From the IMG/VR virus record IMGVR_UViG_3300025297_000001: DNA of 46,126 nt; one strand, given 5' to 3'. This document shows, piece by piece, positions 30,245 through 39,216 of this stretch. A model generated the notes under the pieces. That model was given only the letters and a program-made list of their open reading frames with translations. It made no database searches and was not told the DNA's origin. Each line of letters begins with the position of its first letter. Within the stretch, counting starts at the first letter, position 1. The translations under genes were made by a program, and so were the position numbers. This stretch comes from a virus.

Positions 30245-31980
30245 TGGACATGACCCCGGCTGAACAACTGGCGGCTATGCCCAAGCCGCCGCCAGAGCCG
30301 ATCACGCACGACATCACGATTGTCACCACGCGCAAGCTGGCATCGGCCAAGGTGCTAGGCGTTCCCCCGGAAGAGTTCGGGATCGAGCGCAACGCTCGTG
30401 ACATCAAGACCTGCAATTACTGCTACCATGAGGTCGTCACCAAGACCGAAACCCAGCTCATTGACGAGGGTTTCGACGCAGAACAAATTAGGGCGCTGAA
30501 CGACTATACCGGCACCAGCGACAACGAGACGATCAGTCGGGATTCGGTTCAGGAGCATACCGGCGCCGGCAACATCAACGCCGCTGCCCGCCTGGTCAAG
30601 ATTACCGAGCACTACGTTAGGATGGACTACGAAGGTAAGGGCCGTGCCTGTCTTTACATGGTCATTACGGGTGGCGATCAGGGCGAGATCCTGAAGAAGG
30701 ACGGCAAGGTATGCATCGAGCCGATCGATGTCATTCCATTCGCCTGCACGACGCCGGTCCCGATTACCCATCGCTTCTTCGGCCGGTCGATCGCGGACCT
30801 CGTTGTAGATATTCAGAAGATCAAGACTTCGCTGCTGCGGAGCGGCTTGGACAGCAAATACCTGTCCAGCGGGGCGGATGTCGAGATTGCCGAAAGCCAT
30901 GTGGGCGCCAGCACGATTGACGACCTGTTGGGGCCAAAGCGGCCGGGCAGGATCATCCGCACGAAGCAGCCTGGCGGCCTGAACTACCAAGTTGTGCCGG
31001 ACACCTCGGAAGCCTCCTTCGCGGCCATGGGGTACATGGATTCGCTGTTGGAAATGCGGACTGGCGTCAGCCGGCAGGGGCAGGGCGTCGATGCCAATGC
31101 CCTGCAGAACCAGTCAGCGACGGCTGTGGCGCAGGTGTTCAGCGCGTCCCAAGCCCGCATGAAGCTGATTGCGCGCATCATGGCCGAGGGCGTGCGCGAT
31201 ATCTTCTCGCTGCTGCACCACACCATCCGCTCGCACGGTCAGGAACAACAGACGGTTCGGCTGCGGAACAAATGGGTTGAGGTTGATCCGCGGAACTGGA
31301 AAACCCGCAACGACATGACGATCAACGTCGGCTTGGGGAACGGCGGCAAGGGCGAGCAGTTTGCGCAGATCATGGCGCTGGCCAACGTCCAGAAGGAAAT
31401 GATTGCCGGCGGCAAGACCAATCTGGTTGGCGATCAGGAGCTATACAATACCGGCTCCGAAATCGCCCGGATCATGGGCCACAAGAACGCGAACAAGTTC
31501 TTCAATGATCCCAGCGAGAAGAACCCGGACGGGTCACCAAAATATCCGCCGCCACCGCCGCCAACTCCTGAGTCCGTCCAGGTTGCACAGCTAAAGGCGC
31601 AGAGCGATCAGCAGAAGCTTGGTGTTCAGGCCCAGCTTGACCAGCAGGCGGATGAGCGTAAGGCCCAGATCGAGGCCACACAGGCGCAGGCCGATATTGC
31701 GACACAGGATCGCAAGACGCAGGCTGAGATGATCCAGTCTGAGCGGGAATTCGAGCTGAAGCGCGAACTGGCCATTCTTGAGTTCCAGTTACAGGAGCGA
31801 ATTGCCGAGCGCGAAGAGGCCCGCAAGGAGCGGGAACATCAGCAGCAGATGGCGCAGAGCGCAGAGCAGCACCGCCAGCAGATGGAAGCTGGCGTATTCA
31901 AGGTTGCGCAGGGTGCCGAGGCGCATGATCAGAAGATGGAGCAGATGAAGAGCGCTCCGAAGCCCAAGGGTGGTAAGTGA
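30244..31980 (+). CDS. portal protein, main body with C-terminal coiled-coil barrel
   Basis: VPPEEFGIERNARDI..., PITHRFFGRSIADL, RTGVSRQGQG, then a long Gln/Glu-rich helix. It is in the -1 frame relative to the N-terminal fragment. Confidence 0.9.
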   Translation: MDMTPAEQLAAMPKPPPEPITHDITIVTTRKLASAKVLGVPPEEFGIERNARDIKTCNYCYHEVVTKTETQLIDEGFDAEQIRALNDYTGTSDNETISRDSVQEHTGAGNINAAARLVKITEHYVRMDYEGKGRACLYMVITGGDQGEILKKDGKVCIEPIDVIPFACTTPVPITHRFFGRSIADLVVDIQKIKTSLLRSGLDSKYLSSGADVEIAESHVGASTIDDLLGPKRPGRIIRTKQPGGLNYQVVPDTSEASFAAMGYMDSLLEMRTGVSRQGQGVDANALQNQSATAVAQVFSASQARMKLIARIMAEGVRDIFSLLHHTIRSHGQEQQTVRLRNKWVEVDPRNWKTRNDMTINVGLGNGGKGEQFAQIMALANVQKEMIAGGKTNLVGDQELYNTGSEIARIMGHKNANKFFNDPSEKNPDGSPKYPPPPPPTPESVQVAQLKAQSDQQKLGVQAQLDQQADERKAQIEATQAQADIATQDRKTQAEMIQSEREFELKRELAILEFQLQERIAEREEARKEREHQQQMAQSAEQHRQQMEAGVFKVAQGAEAHDQKMEQMKSAPKPKGGK

Positions 31981-32768
31981 CGACAGCCTTTGTCCTAGCT
32001 TCTTCCGACCACGGCCCGTTAATCGTCAATCGTTTCGACTATAACCATACGCACACTGGCGATTTCTACGGCGTCGGCGCCCAGATCATGGAGAACGGCT
32101 GCTATGATCCACGCGACGTGCAAAGCCTCAAAGACCTGCTTATGTGCCGGCGAAATCACTTCGGCGACGGCGTTGTTGCTCTCGATGGTGGCGCCAATAT
32201 TGGCGTGCATTCTGTTGAATGGGCTCGCCTTATGCGTGGGTGGGGCTCTGTCCTCGCAGTAGAGGCGCAGGAGAGAGTTTTCTACGCATTGGCAGGTAAT
32301 CTGGCCCTTCAGAATTGCTCTAATGCACGAGCCTTATGGGCAGCGCTCGCGGACGTACCGGGCGAACTGTCCATACCCGAACCTGACTACACCCAACAGG
32401 GCAGTTTCGGGTCTTTCGAATTAAAGCCGCGTGTCGGAACCGAGTTCATCGGTCAGCCGATCGATTACGCTAAGCCGACCTCGACTGTGAAACAGATCAT
32501 GATTGATGGTCTGGGCCTTGAACGCATGGATTTGATGAAGCTGGACCTCGAGGGGATGGAAGCCGAGGCGCTGGACGGCGCGCGGGAGACCATCGAGCGT
32601 TGCAAGCCCATCCTGTTCGTGGAGACGATAAAATCAGACAGGGACGCGATATCGGCCGCGCTGCGGAATGAAGGTTATGTGGTGCTCAACAACGGGATGA
32701 ACATCCTGGCCATCCACAAGACCGACAAGACGCTGGAGAACGTCAAGACCGTCAAGGAGGCGGCGTGA
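31977..32768 (+). CDS. FkbM-family SAM-dependent methyltransferase
   Basis: VALDGGANIGVHS and MKLDLEGMEAEALDG motifs. GTGA-coupled to the portal stop. Confidence 0.85.
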   Translation: MTTAFVLASSDHGPLIVNRFDYNHTHTGDFYGVGAQIMENGCYDPRDVQSLKDLLMCRRNHFGDGVVALDGGANIGVHSVEWARLMRGWGSVLAVEAQERVFYALAGNLALQNCSNARALWAALADVPGELSIPEPDYTQQGSFGSFELKPRVGTEFIGQPIDYAKPTSTVKQIMIDGLGLERMDLMKLDLEGMEAEALDGARETIERCKPILFVETIKSDRDAISAALRNEGYVVLNNGMNILAIHKTDKTLENVKTVKEAA

Positions 32769-34096
32769 ACGTCGAGAAATACCGCGCAACAGCTAACAAG
32801 CTGATCCGCAATCCCGACGATCCGATTGCCTTAGTAGACCAGTTTGCACTGATCTCCGAAAAAAAGGACGGCGCGAGACACTTCCTGCCGCTTGCCAAGC
32901 GGGCCTATGAGCTGGCGCCGGACGAAATATCGGCGATGTTCAATTATGGATCGGCGCTTCAAAGGGCGGGTGAGTTCAAGCAGGCCAAGGATATCTACCT
33001 GCGCTGCCTGACCATCGCGCCGCAGGATTGGCGGGCTAAGGTGCTGCATCATGTGGGTGTAGCCTACCGTGGCATGGGTGAGAACGAGAAGGCCGCAGAA
33101 TACTATTTGCGCTCCTATGAGATCGAGCCCAACCCGAACATCCTGAAGGACAGGGCGCTCGCGATCCTGGCGCAGGGAAAGCTCAACGAGGGGCTCAGGG
33201 AATTCGAGGCGCGTCGGGAAGCGGCCGTCTGGAAGTTGCACGAGAGCGGCGGCCACCTGATCACACAAGCCAAGCTGCCGGCGGATGTCGTGCATTGGCA
33301 GGGTGAAGACCTGACGGGCAAAACGATCGTTGTCTACCACGAAGAGGGCTCGGGCGATTTCATCCAGTTCTGTCGATATATACCGAAACTGCGAGAGCTT
33401 GGGCCGGCCAGTGTCCTCTTATGCGGCCCAGTTCAGAACCTGCTTGAACTCGTGTCTGACAACATCGCAGTTGATGGGATTGTACCTCTCGGGGGACCAT
33501 TCGAAAGCGACTTTGTCATTGGCTCAATGTCACTGCCATGGCGGGTTGGGTGTGAAATTCACGGAGTGGACGGGAAAAGGTATTTTTCCGCAGAGCCTGC
33601 TAACATACCGCGACGGGGCAGGTTGAATGTCGGTCTGGTTTGGCGAGGAAATCCAGCATACGGGCAAGACGTTCATCGCTCCATGGCGTTCTCGGAATTT
33701 TGCCCCCTCTTCGACATACCTGGCGCGGCATTCTATTCACTACAGGCCGGACCAGCCAGTCTCGAAGTCACAAATCTCGGCTTTGACGGATTCGTTGCCA
33801 ATCTCGAACCTCTCGCGAGCACATGGCGCGATACCGCGAGATTGATCCAGGCTTTGGACGTAGTTGTGACTGTGGATACCGCAGTTGCGCATCTTGCCGG
33901 CGCGCTCGGGAAGCCAGTCTTCATTCTCATTACAAATGCCTCGGATTGGCGCTGGGACCGGAACAGCCGGAAGACGATCTGGTACGACTCGATGACGGTC
34001 ATCCGGCAGAAAAAGCAGGATGACTGGGCGCCATGCATCGCGACCGTCAGACAATACCTAAAGGACATGCTCAGTGAACGCCGACAAGCTGCTTGA
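32765..34096 (+). CDS. TPR-repeat protein fused to a GT9 (heptosyltransferase)-like glycosyltransferase domain
   Basis: N-terminal TPR-like helices. C-terminal GKTIVVYHEEGSGDFIQFCRY...VGLVWRGNP...VVTVDTAVAHLAGALGKPVFILI...DWRW pattern. Confidence 0.8.
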   Translation: MNVEKYRATANKLIRNPDDPIALVDQFALISEKKDGARHFLPLAKRAYELAPDEISAMFNYGSALQRAGEFKQAKDIYLRCLTIAPQDWRAKVLHHVGVAYRGMGENEKAAEYYLRSYEIEPNPNILKDRALAILAQGKLNEGLREFEARREAAVWKLHESGGHLITQAKLPADVVHWQGEDLTGKTIVVYHEEGSGDFIQFCRYIPKLRELGPASVLLCGPVQNLLELVSDNIAVDGIVPLGGPFESDFVIGSMSLPWRVGCEIHGVDGKRYFSAEPANIPRRGRLNVGLVWRGNPAYGQDVHRSMAFSEFCPLFDIPGAAFYSLQAGPASLEVTNLGFDGFVANLEPLASTWRDTARLIQALDVVVTVDTAVAHLAGALGKPVFILITNASDWRWDRNSRKTIWYDSMTVIRQKKQDDWAPCIATVRQYLKDMLSERRQAA

Positions 34097-34364
34097 ACAG
34101 TCGGTCCGCGCCGACCGAGCGCGGGACATCCTCGAGAGCGAAGTCTTCAACGCGGCACTGGCGACCATCGAGGCGGACTATATCGCGCTTTGGAAAAATA
34201 CGCCGGTTCGGGACGCTGCAGCGCGAGAGCACATATGGGCTCAGTTAAAAAACCTCGGCTTGCTGAAGGATCACCTTCAGATCGTCATGACCGGCGGCAA
34301 TCTGGCGAAGAAGCAACTGGACGAGATGCTGAACCGGCCAAAGCCCGACTGGTCCCAGGTATAA
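34074..34364 (+). CDS. hypothetical head-module protein
   Basis: 96-aa ORF (GTG start) between the glycosyltransferase and the scaffold gene. Confidence 0.6.
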   Translation: MNADKLLEQSVRADRARDILESEVFNAALATIEADYIALWKNTPVRDAAAREHIWAQLKNLGLLKDHLQIVMTGGNLAKKQLDEMLNRPKPDWSQV

Positions 34365-34509
34365 CTCTGCTGCTCCCGCCGCAGTTCAATTTCGACGTTA
34401 ATCACCAAATCAGCACGGCGCTGAAGCTTCACGGCCTTACGAGGTCTGAAGAGATCGAGCCGCGCGCCGGTTGTCGGCGCTTCAGGCTCACCTAGCACAA
34501 AGGAACTTT

Positions 34510-35601
34510 ATGTCTGACGAAGCACTCGCCCCCGCGAGTGACAGCGCACCTGTGCCTGTCGCTAGCGTCCCGGCGCCCGAGCCCACCACATCAGAACTTA
34601 CAGTTTCAGAAGCGGCGCGGCTTCTAGGCCAGCGACGACGACAGGTACAAGCTCCCGTTGAGCAGCCCAAGGCTGATCCGGTCGAGCCCGAATTGGCGCA
34701 AGCCAACAGCGACCCGGAAACGGACCCCGCTGAAGTAACCACGGAGGTCGAACCGGCAGAAGAACTGCCGCCCATCGATCCGCCGAGGTCTTGGACGCAG
34801 GCAGAGAAGGAACGTTTTCAATCCTTGCCTCGTGAGACGCAGGAATATCTGCACACTCGCGAACAGGAACGGGAGCGCGAATTTCGCCGAGGTCAGAATG
34901 ATGTCGCTGAAAAGCTCAAGGCCGCACAGGCCAAGGAGCAGGCGGCGGAACAGGCAAGGCAACAGTACGAGACCAAGCTTTCGGGTGCCGTCAAGGTCAT
35001 CCAGGACGCGCTTCAGGCCGAATTTGGAGACATCCAGTCGGTTGCTGATGTGCGGAAGCTGCAGGCCGAAGATCCTTTCAGGTTCCAGGCTTGGCAGGTT
35101 CGCCAGATGGAATTGCAGGCAGCTCAAGCGGAATCTCACGCCTCTGAAGTACGCAAGACGCAGGAACGGCAGGATAAGCGGAATGCTTACGAAGCCGAGC
35201 AGAACAAGTTGTTGATCGATCTGGTCCCTGAAATGGCGGACCCGCAGAAGGCCAATGACTTACGCGCCCGCGCCGTTGCGATGCTCACGGACGATCTGGG
35301 ACTTAAGAACGAGACGCTCTCCCGATGGATCGCTGACGATACTGGACATGAAATCCTGTCCAACGCCGGCATTCAGAAGCTCATTGCGGACGGTCTGAAG
35401 TACCGAGACATCCAGAAGGCTCCCAAGGCTGTCGCCACCAAGCCCATTCCTCCGGTTCAGCGACCAGGCGCTGCAAGGACCGTCAACAACGGTTCAGCGC
35501 AGCAAATCCAAGCCCTCCAGAAACAACTTGAAAACGCGTCCGGCAACAAAGCCGCCGAGATAGGCGCTCAACTCCTGAGACTCAGGAGAGCCGGCCGATA
35601 G
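34510..35601 (+). CDS. scaffolding protein
   Basis: 363 aa, highly charged Glu/Gln/Ala/Arg-rich coiled-coil, directly upstream of the capsid gene. Confidence 0.75.
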   Translation: MSDEALAPASDSAPVPVASVPAPEPTTSELTVSEAARLLGQRRRQVQAPVEQPKADPVEPELAQANSDPETDPAEVTTEVEPAEELPPIDPPRSWTQAEKERFQSLPRETQEYLHTREQEREREFRRGQNDVAEKLKAAQAKEQAAEQARQQYETKLSGAVKVIQDALQAEFGDIQSVADVRKLQAEDPFRFQAWQVRQMELQAAQAESHASEVRKTQERQDKRNAYEAEQNKLLIDLVPEMADPQKANDLRARAVAMLTDDLGLKNETLSRWIADDTGHEILSNAGIQKLIADGLKYRDIQKAPKAVATKPIPPVQRPGAARTVNNGSAQQIQALQKQLENASGNKAAEIGAQLLRLRRAGR

Positions 35602-35613
35602 AAAGGCTAGACT

Positions 35614-36579
35614 ATGACTCTCGCTACCTCTGCATTCACTACGTTTTCCGCGATCGGCAACCGGGAAGACCTCTCGGACGAAATCAGCCGCATCGACCCC
35701 ACTGAAACCCCGTTCTATTCGGGCATCGAGCGCTCCAAGGCATCGGCCACCAATCATGAGTGGCAGACCCAGGCGCTGGCGGCTGCGTCCACCTCGAACG
35801 CTCAGCTCGAAGGTGACGACGGCTACGCGGCGGACGCCACCACGGCGACCGTTCGTCTCGGCAACATCTGCCAAATCTCGCGCAAGACCCCGCGCGTTAC
35901 CGGCACCCAGCAGGCGGTTGACCACGCCGGCCGCGGCTCGGAAATGGACTATCAGGTCATGCTCAAGGGCATGGAGCTGAAGCGCGATATCGAAGCCATC
36001 CTGACCGGTGCAAACCAGGCCAAGGTTACGGGCAACTCCTCGACCGCGCCGAAGCTCGCTGACGCTCTGTCGTGGATCAAGACCAACACGGACAAGGGCG
36101 GCGGCACTGGCGCTGACCCGACCGCGGCGGATGGCACTTCGCTTCGCGTTGACTCTGCGACGCAGCGGGCGTTCACGGAAAACCAGCTCAAGAACGTTCT
36201 CAAGAAGTGCTACGATCAGGGTGGTCGTCCGACCACGATCCTGATGGGCTCGTTCAACAAGCAGGCGTTCTCGATGTTCACGGGCCGGTCCACCCCGACC
36301 CAGGACGCCGCCGGCAAGAAGATCACGGCCGCAGTCGATGTCTACGTGTCCGACTTCGGCACCCTGAAGGCGATCCCCGACCTGTTCATGCGGACCAAGG
36401 ATGTCCTCGTGCTCCAGATGGACAAGTGGGCCTATGCCCCGCTGCCGGGCCGTAACTTCCTGTCCTACGATCTGGCGAAGACGGGCGACTCCGACGCACG
36501 CACGGTCCTCTCTCAGTACACCCTGGAATCCAGGAACGAGAAGGCCAGCGGCGGCGTGTTCGACCTGACCAGCTCGTAA
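35614..36579 (+). CDS. major capsid protein (HK97 fold, SU10/DUF5309-like)
   Basis: SAIGNREDLSDEISRIDPTETPF...HEWQTQAL N-terminal signature. 321 aa, followed by a terminator. Confidence 0.9.
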   Translation: MTLATSAFTTFSAIGNREDLSDEISRIDPTETPFYSGIERSKASATNHEWQTQALAAASTSNAQLEGDDGYAADATTATVRLGNICQISRKTPRVTGTQQAVDHAGRGSEMDYQVMLKGMELKRDIEAILTGANQAKVTGNSSTAPKLADALSWIKTNTDKGGGTGADPTAADGTSLRVDSATQRAFTENQLKNVLKKCYDQGGRPTTILMGSFNKQAFSMFTGRSTPTQDAAGKKITAAVDVYVSDFGTLKAIPDLFMRTKDVLVLQMDKWAYAPLPGRNFLSYDLAKTGDSDARTVLSQYTLESRNEKASGGVFDLTSS

Positions 36580-36599
36580 GCCTTCATCATCAACTCAGT

Positions 36600-36628
36600 G
36601 GGCGGCCTTCGGGTCGCCCCTCTCTTTT
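36600..36628 (+). terminator. rho-independent terminator after the capsid gene
   Basis: GGGCGGCC-TTCG-GGTCGCCC stem followed by CTCTCTTTT. Confidence 0.7.
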
Positions 36629-36639
36629 GGAGGCTTTAA

Positions 36640-37047
36640 ATGGCTCTTCCCATTTCTCATCCGCTTCAGGAGATGGTCCTGGACGGCACGGTCGCCAGCG
36701 CCGCGAATGCGGTTCTGACGCTCCGCGCGCCGTTCAAGGGGCGCATCCTCGAAGTCGGGACTATGATCGGCTCCGCTACCGTGTCCAACGACGCAACGGT
36801 GACGACCACCATCGCCGGCACGGCAGTAACGGGCGGCTCGTTCGTTATCACGCAGTCCGGTTCGGCTGCGGGCGATCTCGATGCGGCGTCAGTCTCTGGC
36901 GTGGTCGCGAACGGCGTTACCGCCAACTCGACCATTACCGGCGCGAACACCTTCAACGAGGGCGATTCAATCCGACTGGCGATTACCGGCTCCGGCGCTA
37001 CCGGTGGCGGTATCCTTTACTACTACGCTGTCGTGGCTCGTGGATAA
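36640..37047 (+). CDS. virion structural protein (possible head decoration protein)
   Basis: GGAGG RBS. 135 aa, Thr/Ser/Gly/Val-rich and beta-type. Bracketed by two terminators. Confidence 0.7.
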   Translation: MALPISHPLQEMVLDGTVASAANAVLTLRAPFKGRILEVGTMIGSATVSNDATVTTTIAGTAVTGGSFVITQSGSAAGDLDAASVSGVVANGVTANSTITGANTFNEGDSIRLAITGSGATGGGILYYYAVVARG

Positions 37048-37052
37048 TCATT

Positions 37053-37080
37053 GGCTCGCCTTCGGGCGGGCCTTTTCCCT
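37053..37080 (+). terminator. rho-independent terminator
   Basis: GGCTCGCC-TTCG-GGCGGGCC stem followed by TTTTCC. Confidence 0.65.
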
Positions 37081-37094
37081 TCTGGAGAACATAG

Positions 37095-37391
37095 ATGTCA
37101 CGAGGCTTCGCCAACGTCGATAGTGCGCGGCTGGGCACGCAGAATAACGTGGTCATCACGACCTCGACTGTCTCTGTAGCCTCATCCGCGTTCGGCTCTC
37201 AAACCTATCAGATCCGTGTCGCAACCACGACCGCCTGCAATATCAAGATCGGTGACGGCACCCCGACCGCCACCACGAGCGATGCTTTAATGCCGGCGAA
37301 CTGGGTGGATTATTTCATCGTTACCCCCGGCCAGAAAATCGCAGCCATCGGCGCCGTTACAACCGTATCGGTCACGGAAATCACTCAGTGA
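37095..37391 (+). CDS. small structural protein
   Basis: GGAG RBS; 98 aa, Thr/Ser-rich beta-type sequence. Confidence 0.7.
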   Translation: MSRGFANVDSARLGTQNNVVITTSTVSVASSAFGSQTYQIRVATTTACNIKIGDGTPTATTSDALMPANWVDYFIVTPGQKIAAIGAVTTVSVTEITQ

Positions 37392-37717
37392 GTGAGGTCG
37401 CGCGCAAACTCTACGTTGATGAGGGTGCGAAAACTCTCACCTTCGTCAACGTACAGGATGTCGAGCCGATCCTTGATCTGAACAAGGAGCAGCGCTCTCA
37501 GGCTCAAACATCCGATTGGGGGCGCCACTATGCGCGCATTCCAAACACGATCGCTCTTCAGTGGTTCTATGAGGAGCATGCCAAGGGCAACACTGGCCTG
37601 CAGATGTATAGCGATGAGTGGGACGGTCTGGTTTGGAAGAAGCTCCATGACCCTGACTGGGCCTATCTCCGGACGGACAAGAAGCCGACCATCATCACTG
37701 GCGTCACGGGTCTCTGA
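37388..37717 (+). CDS. hypothetical virion-module protein
   Basis: 109-aa ORF coupled on both sides (GTGA and TGATG). Confidence 0.7.
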   Translation: MSEVARKLYVDEGAKTLTFVNVQDVEPILDLNKEQRSQAQTSDWGRHYARIPNTIALQWFYEEHAKGNTGLQMYSDEWDGLVWKKLHDPDWAYLRTDKKPTIITGVTGL

Positions 37718-38358
37718 TGGCGATCACAAACTATACCGAGTTGCAGGCTGCGGTCGCTAATTGGCTGGCGCGTGACGACCTAAGCGGCCGCATTCCCGAG
37801 TTCATCACGCTTTGCGAAGCCAAGCTGAACCGGGAGCTTTACGCTCGGCAGATGGAAACGCGGTCTACGACGACCGTGGACATCGCGAGTGATGAGCCCG
37901 AGTTCATCACGCTGCCGGACGACTTCCAGTCCATGCGGCGTATGCGGCTCTCGAGCGTCAGCGGCAAGCCCCATCTCTTGTACAAGAGCGGCGGGCAGAT
38001 GGACGAGTATAGAACGTCGATCGGCGACATTGCTGGCAGGCCGCTTTATTTCAGCATCATCGCCGATGAACTGGAATTGGTCCCGACGCCAGACGACGCC
38101 TACATCATCGAGATGGTCTACCGGACCAATATCCCGGCGCTGGCTGACAACACGACCAATTGGCTCCTGACGCTCGCTCCCGATGTCTACCTTTACGGCG
38201 CTCTCCTGGAAGCCGCGCCCTACACCAAGGAAGATGAGCGGATTCAAACCTGGCTGACGGGTTTTGCCTCCGCCATTGACGGGCTGAACCGTCTTTCCCT
38301 CGCATCAACATTCAATGCTGGGCCGATGACCATGCAGGTCAGCGGTTCAACTCCATAG
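37717..38358 (+). CDS. putative head-tail adaptor / head completion protein
   Basis: MAITNYTELQAAVANWLARDDL...IPEFITLCEAKLNREL is an N-terminus typical of podovirus adaptor-like proteins, from memory. Confidence 0.65.
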   Translation: MAITNYTELQAAVANWLARDDLSGRIPEFITLCEAKLNRELYARQMETRSTTTVDIASDEPEFITLPDDFQSMRRMRLSSVSGKPHLLYKSGGQMDEYRTSIGDIAGRPLYFSIIADELELVPTPDDAYIIEMVYRTNIPALADNTTNWLLTLAPDVYLYGALLEAAPYTKEDERIQTWLTGFASAIDGLNRLSLASTFNAGPMTMQVSGSTP

Positions 38359-38367
38359 GAGATCAGA

Positions 38368-38805
38368 TTGGCGACATACACCAAATATGAGAACTTTGTT
38401 CAGGTTCTCGCCAACAAGGAAGTCGATGCCTTTGGCGCTACCGACACCTGGAAAGCGGCCATTCACACGGACGCGCCCGTTGTTGCCACGGACACGACGA
38501 TCGCGGATCTGACGCAGATCTCCGGCGCGAACGGCTATACGACCGGCGGATCGAGCATTACCTTCACGTCAAGCCGCTCGGGCGGCACGGTGACGGCGAC
38601 CGCTACCGACGTGGTTTGGACGGCTTCTGGCGGTAACCTCGGGTCTTCTACGACCGGCCGTTACATCAGCTACTACGATGACACGCCGACCACGCCGACC
38701 GCCGATCCCTTGGCGGCTTCGTGGGATTACGGCTCGACCTTCACGGTTGCGGATACTGAGACGCTGACGCTCGACTTCGGCGGCTCGATCTGGACGCTTG
38801 CGTGA
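38368..38805 (+). CDS. hypothetical structural protein
   Basis: AGGAG RBS and TTG start; 145 aa, Thr-rich. Confidence 0.7.
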   Translation: MATYTKYENFVQVLANKEVDAFGATDTWKAAIHTDAPVVATDTTIADLTQISGANGYTTGGSSITFTSSRSGGTVTATATDVVWTASGGNLGSSTTGRYISYYDDTPTTPTADPLAASWDYGSTFTVADTETLTLDFGGSIWTLA

Positions 38806-39194
38806 AGCCACACTCGCTTTCTTCGGTCCAGCGTATCGCGCCATCGAAGAACGACAAGTTCAAGGCGCTCGGCCCGATCGCTGCACGGCACGGAAGGTTT
38901 GAGAAGGGCGCTATCCTGCCTGAAACGAGGGTGCTCGCTTGCCCTCGGGTGAGGGTCGAAGACTTCCCGGACGGCTTTATCCCGACGAAATACATCGAGG
39001 GGCTGGAGCACAATCAGAAAATCCCGAGTTGCTGCCGGCATCCCGAGAACCACGAGATCGAGGCGCACAAGTCTCATCCCGATGAGGAAATGCCGGACAT
39101 TTACATCTTCATCTGTTCGTGCGGGAGGAACCACAGGCGATTGTTGCTGGGATCGGTTGACGACGTTGCTCGCCCGGTCTGGGATGCGAGCTAA
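38802..39194 (+). CDS. Cys/His-rich protein in the tail module
   Basis: GTGA-coupled. SCCRHPENHEIEAHKSHPDE...ICSCGRNHRR suggests metal binding. Confidence 0.55.
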   Translation: MKPHSLSSVQRIAPSKNDKFKALGPIAARHGRFEKGAILPETRVLACPRVRVEDFPDGFIPTKYIEGLEHNQKIPSCCRHPENHEIEAHKSHPDEEMPDIYIFICSCGRNHRRLLLGSVDDVARPVWDAS

Positions 39195-39216
39195 GGCCCT
39201 TTGAGGTGAGGGTCTA

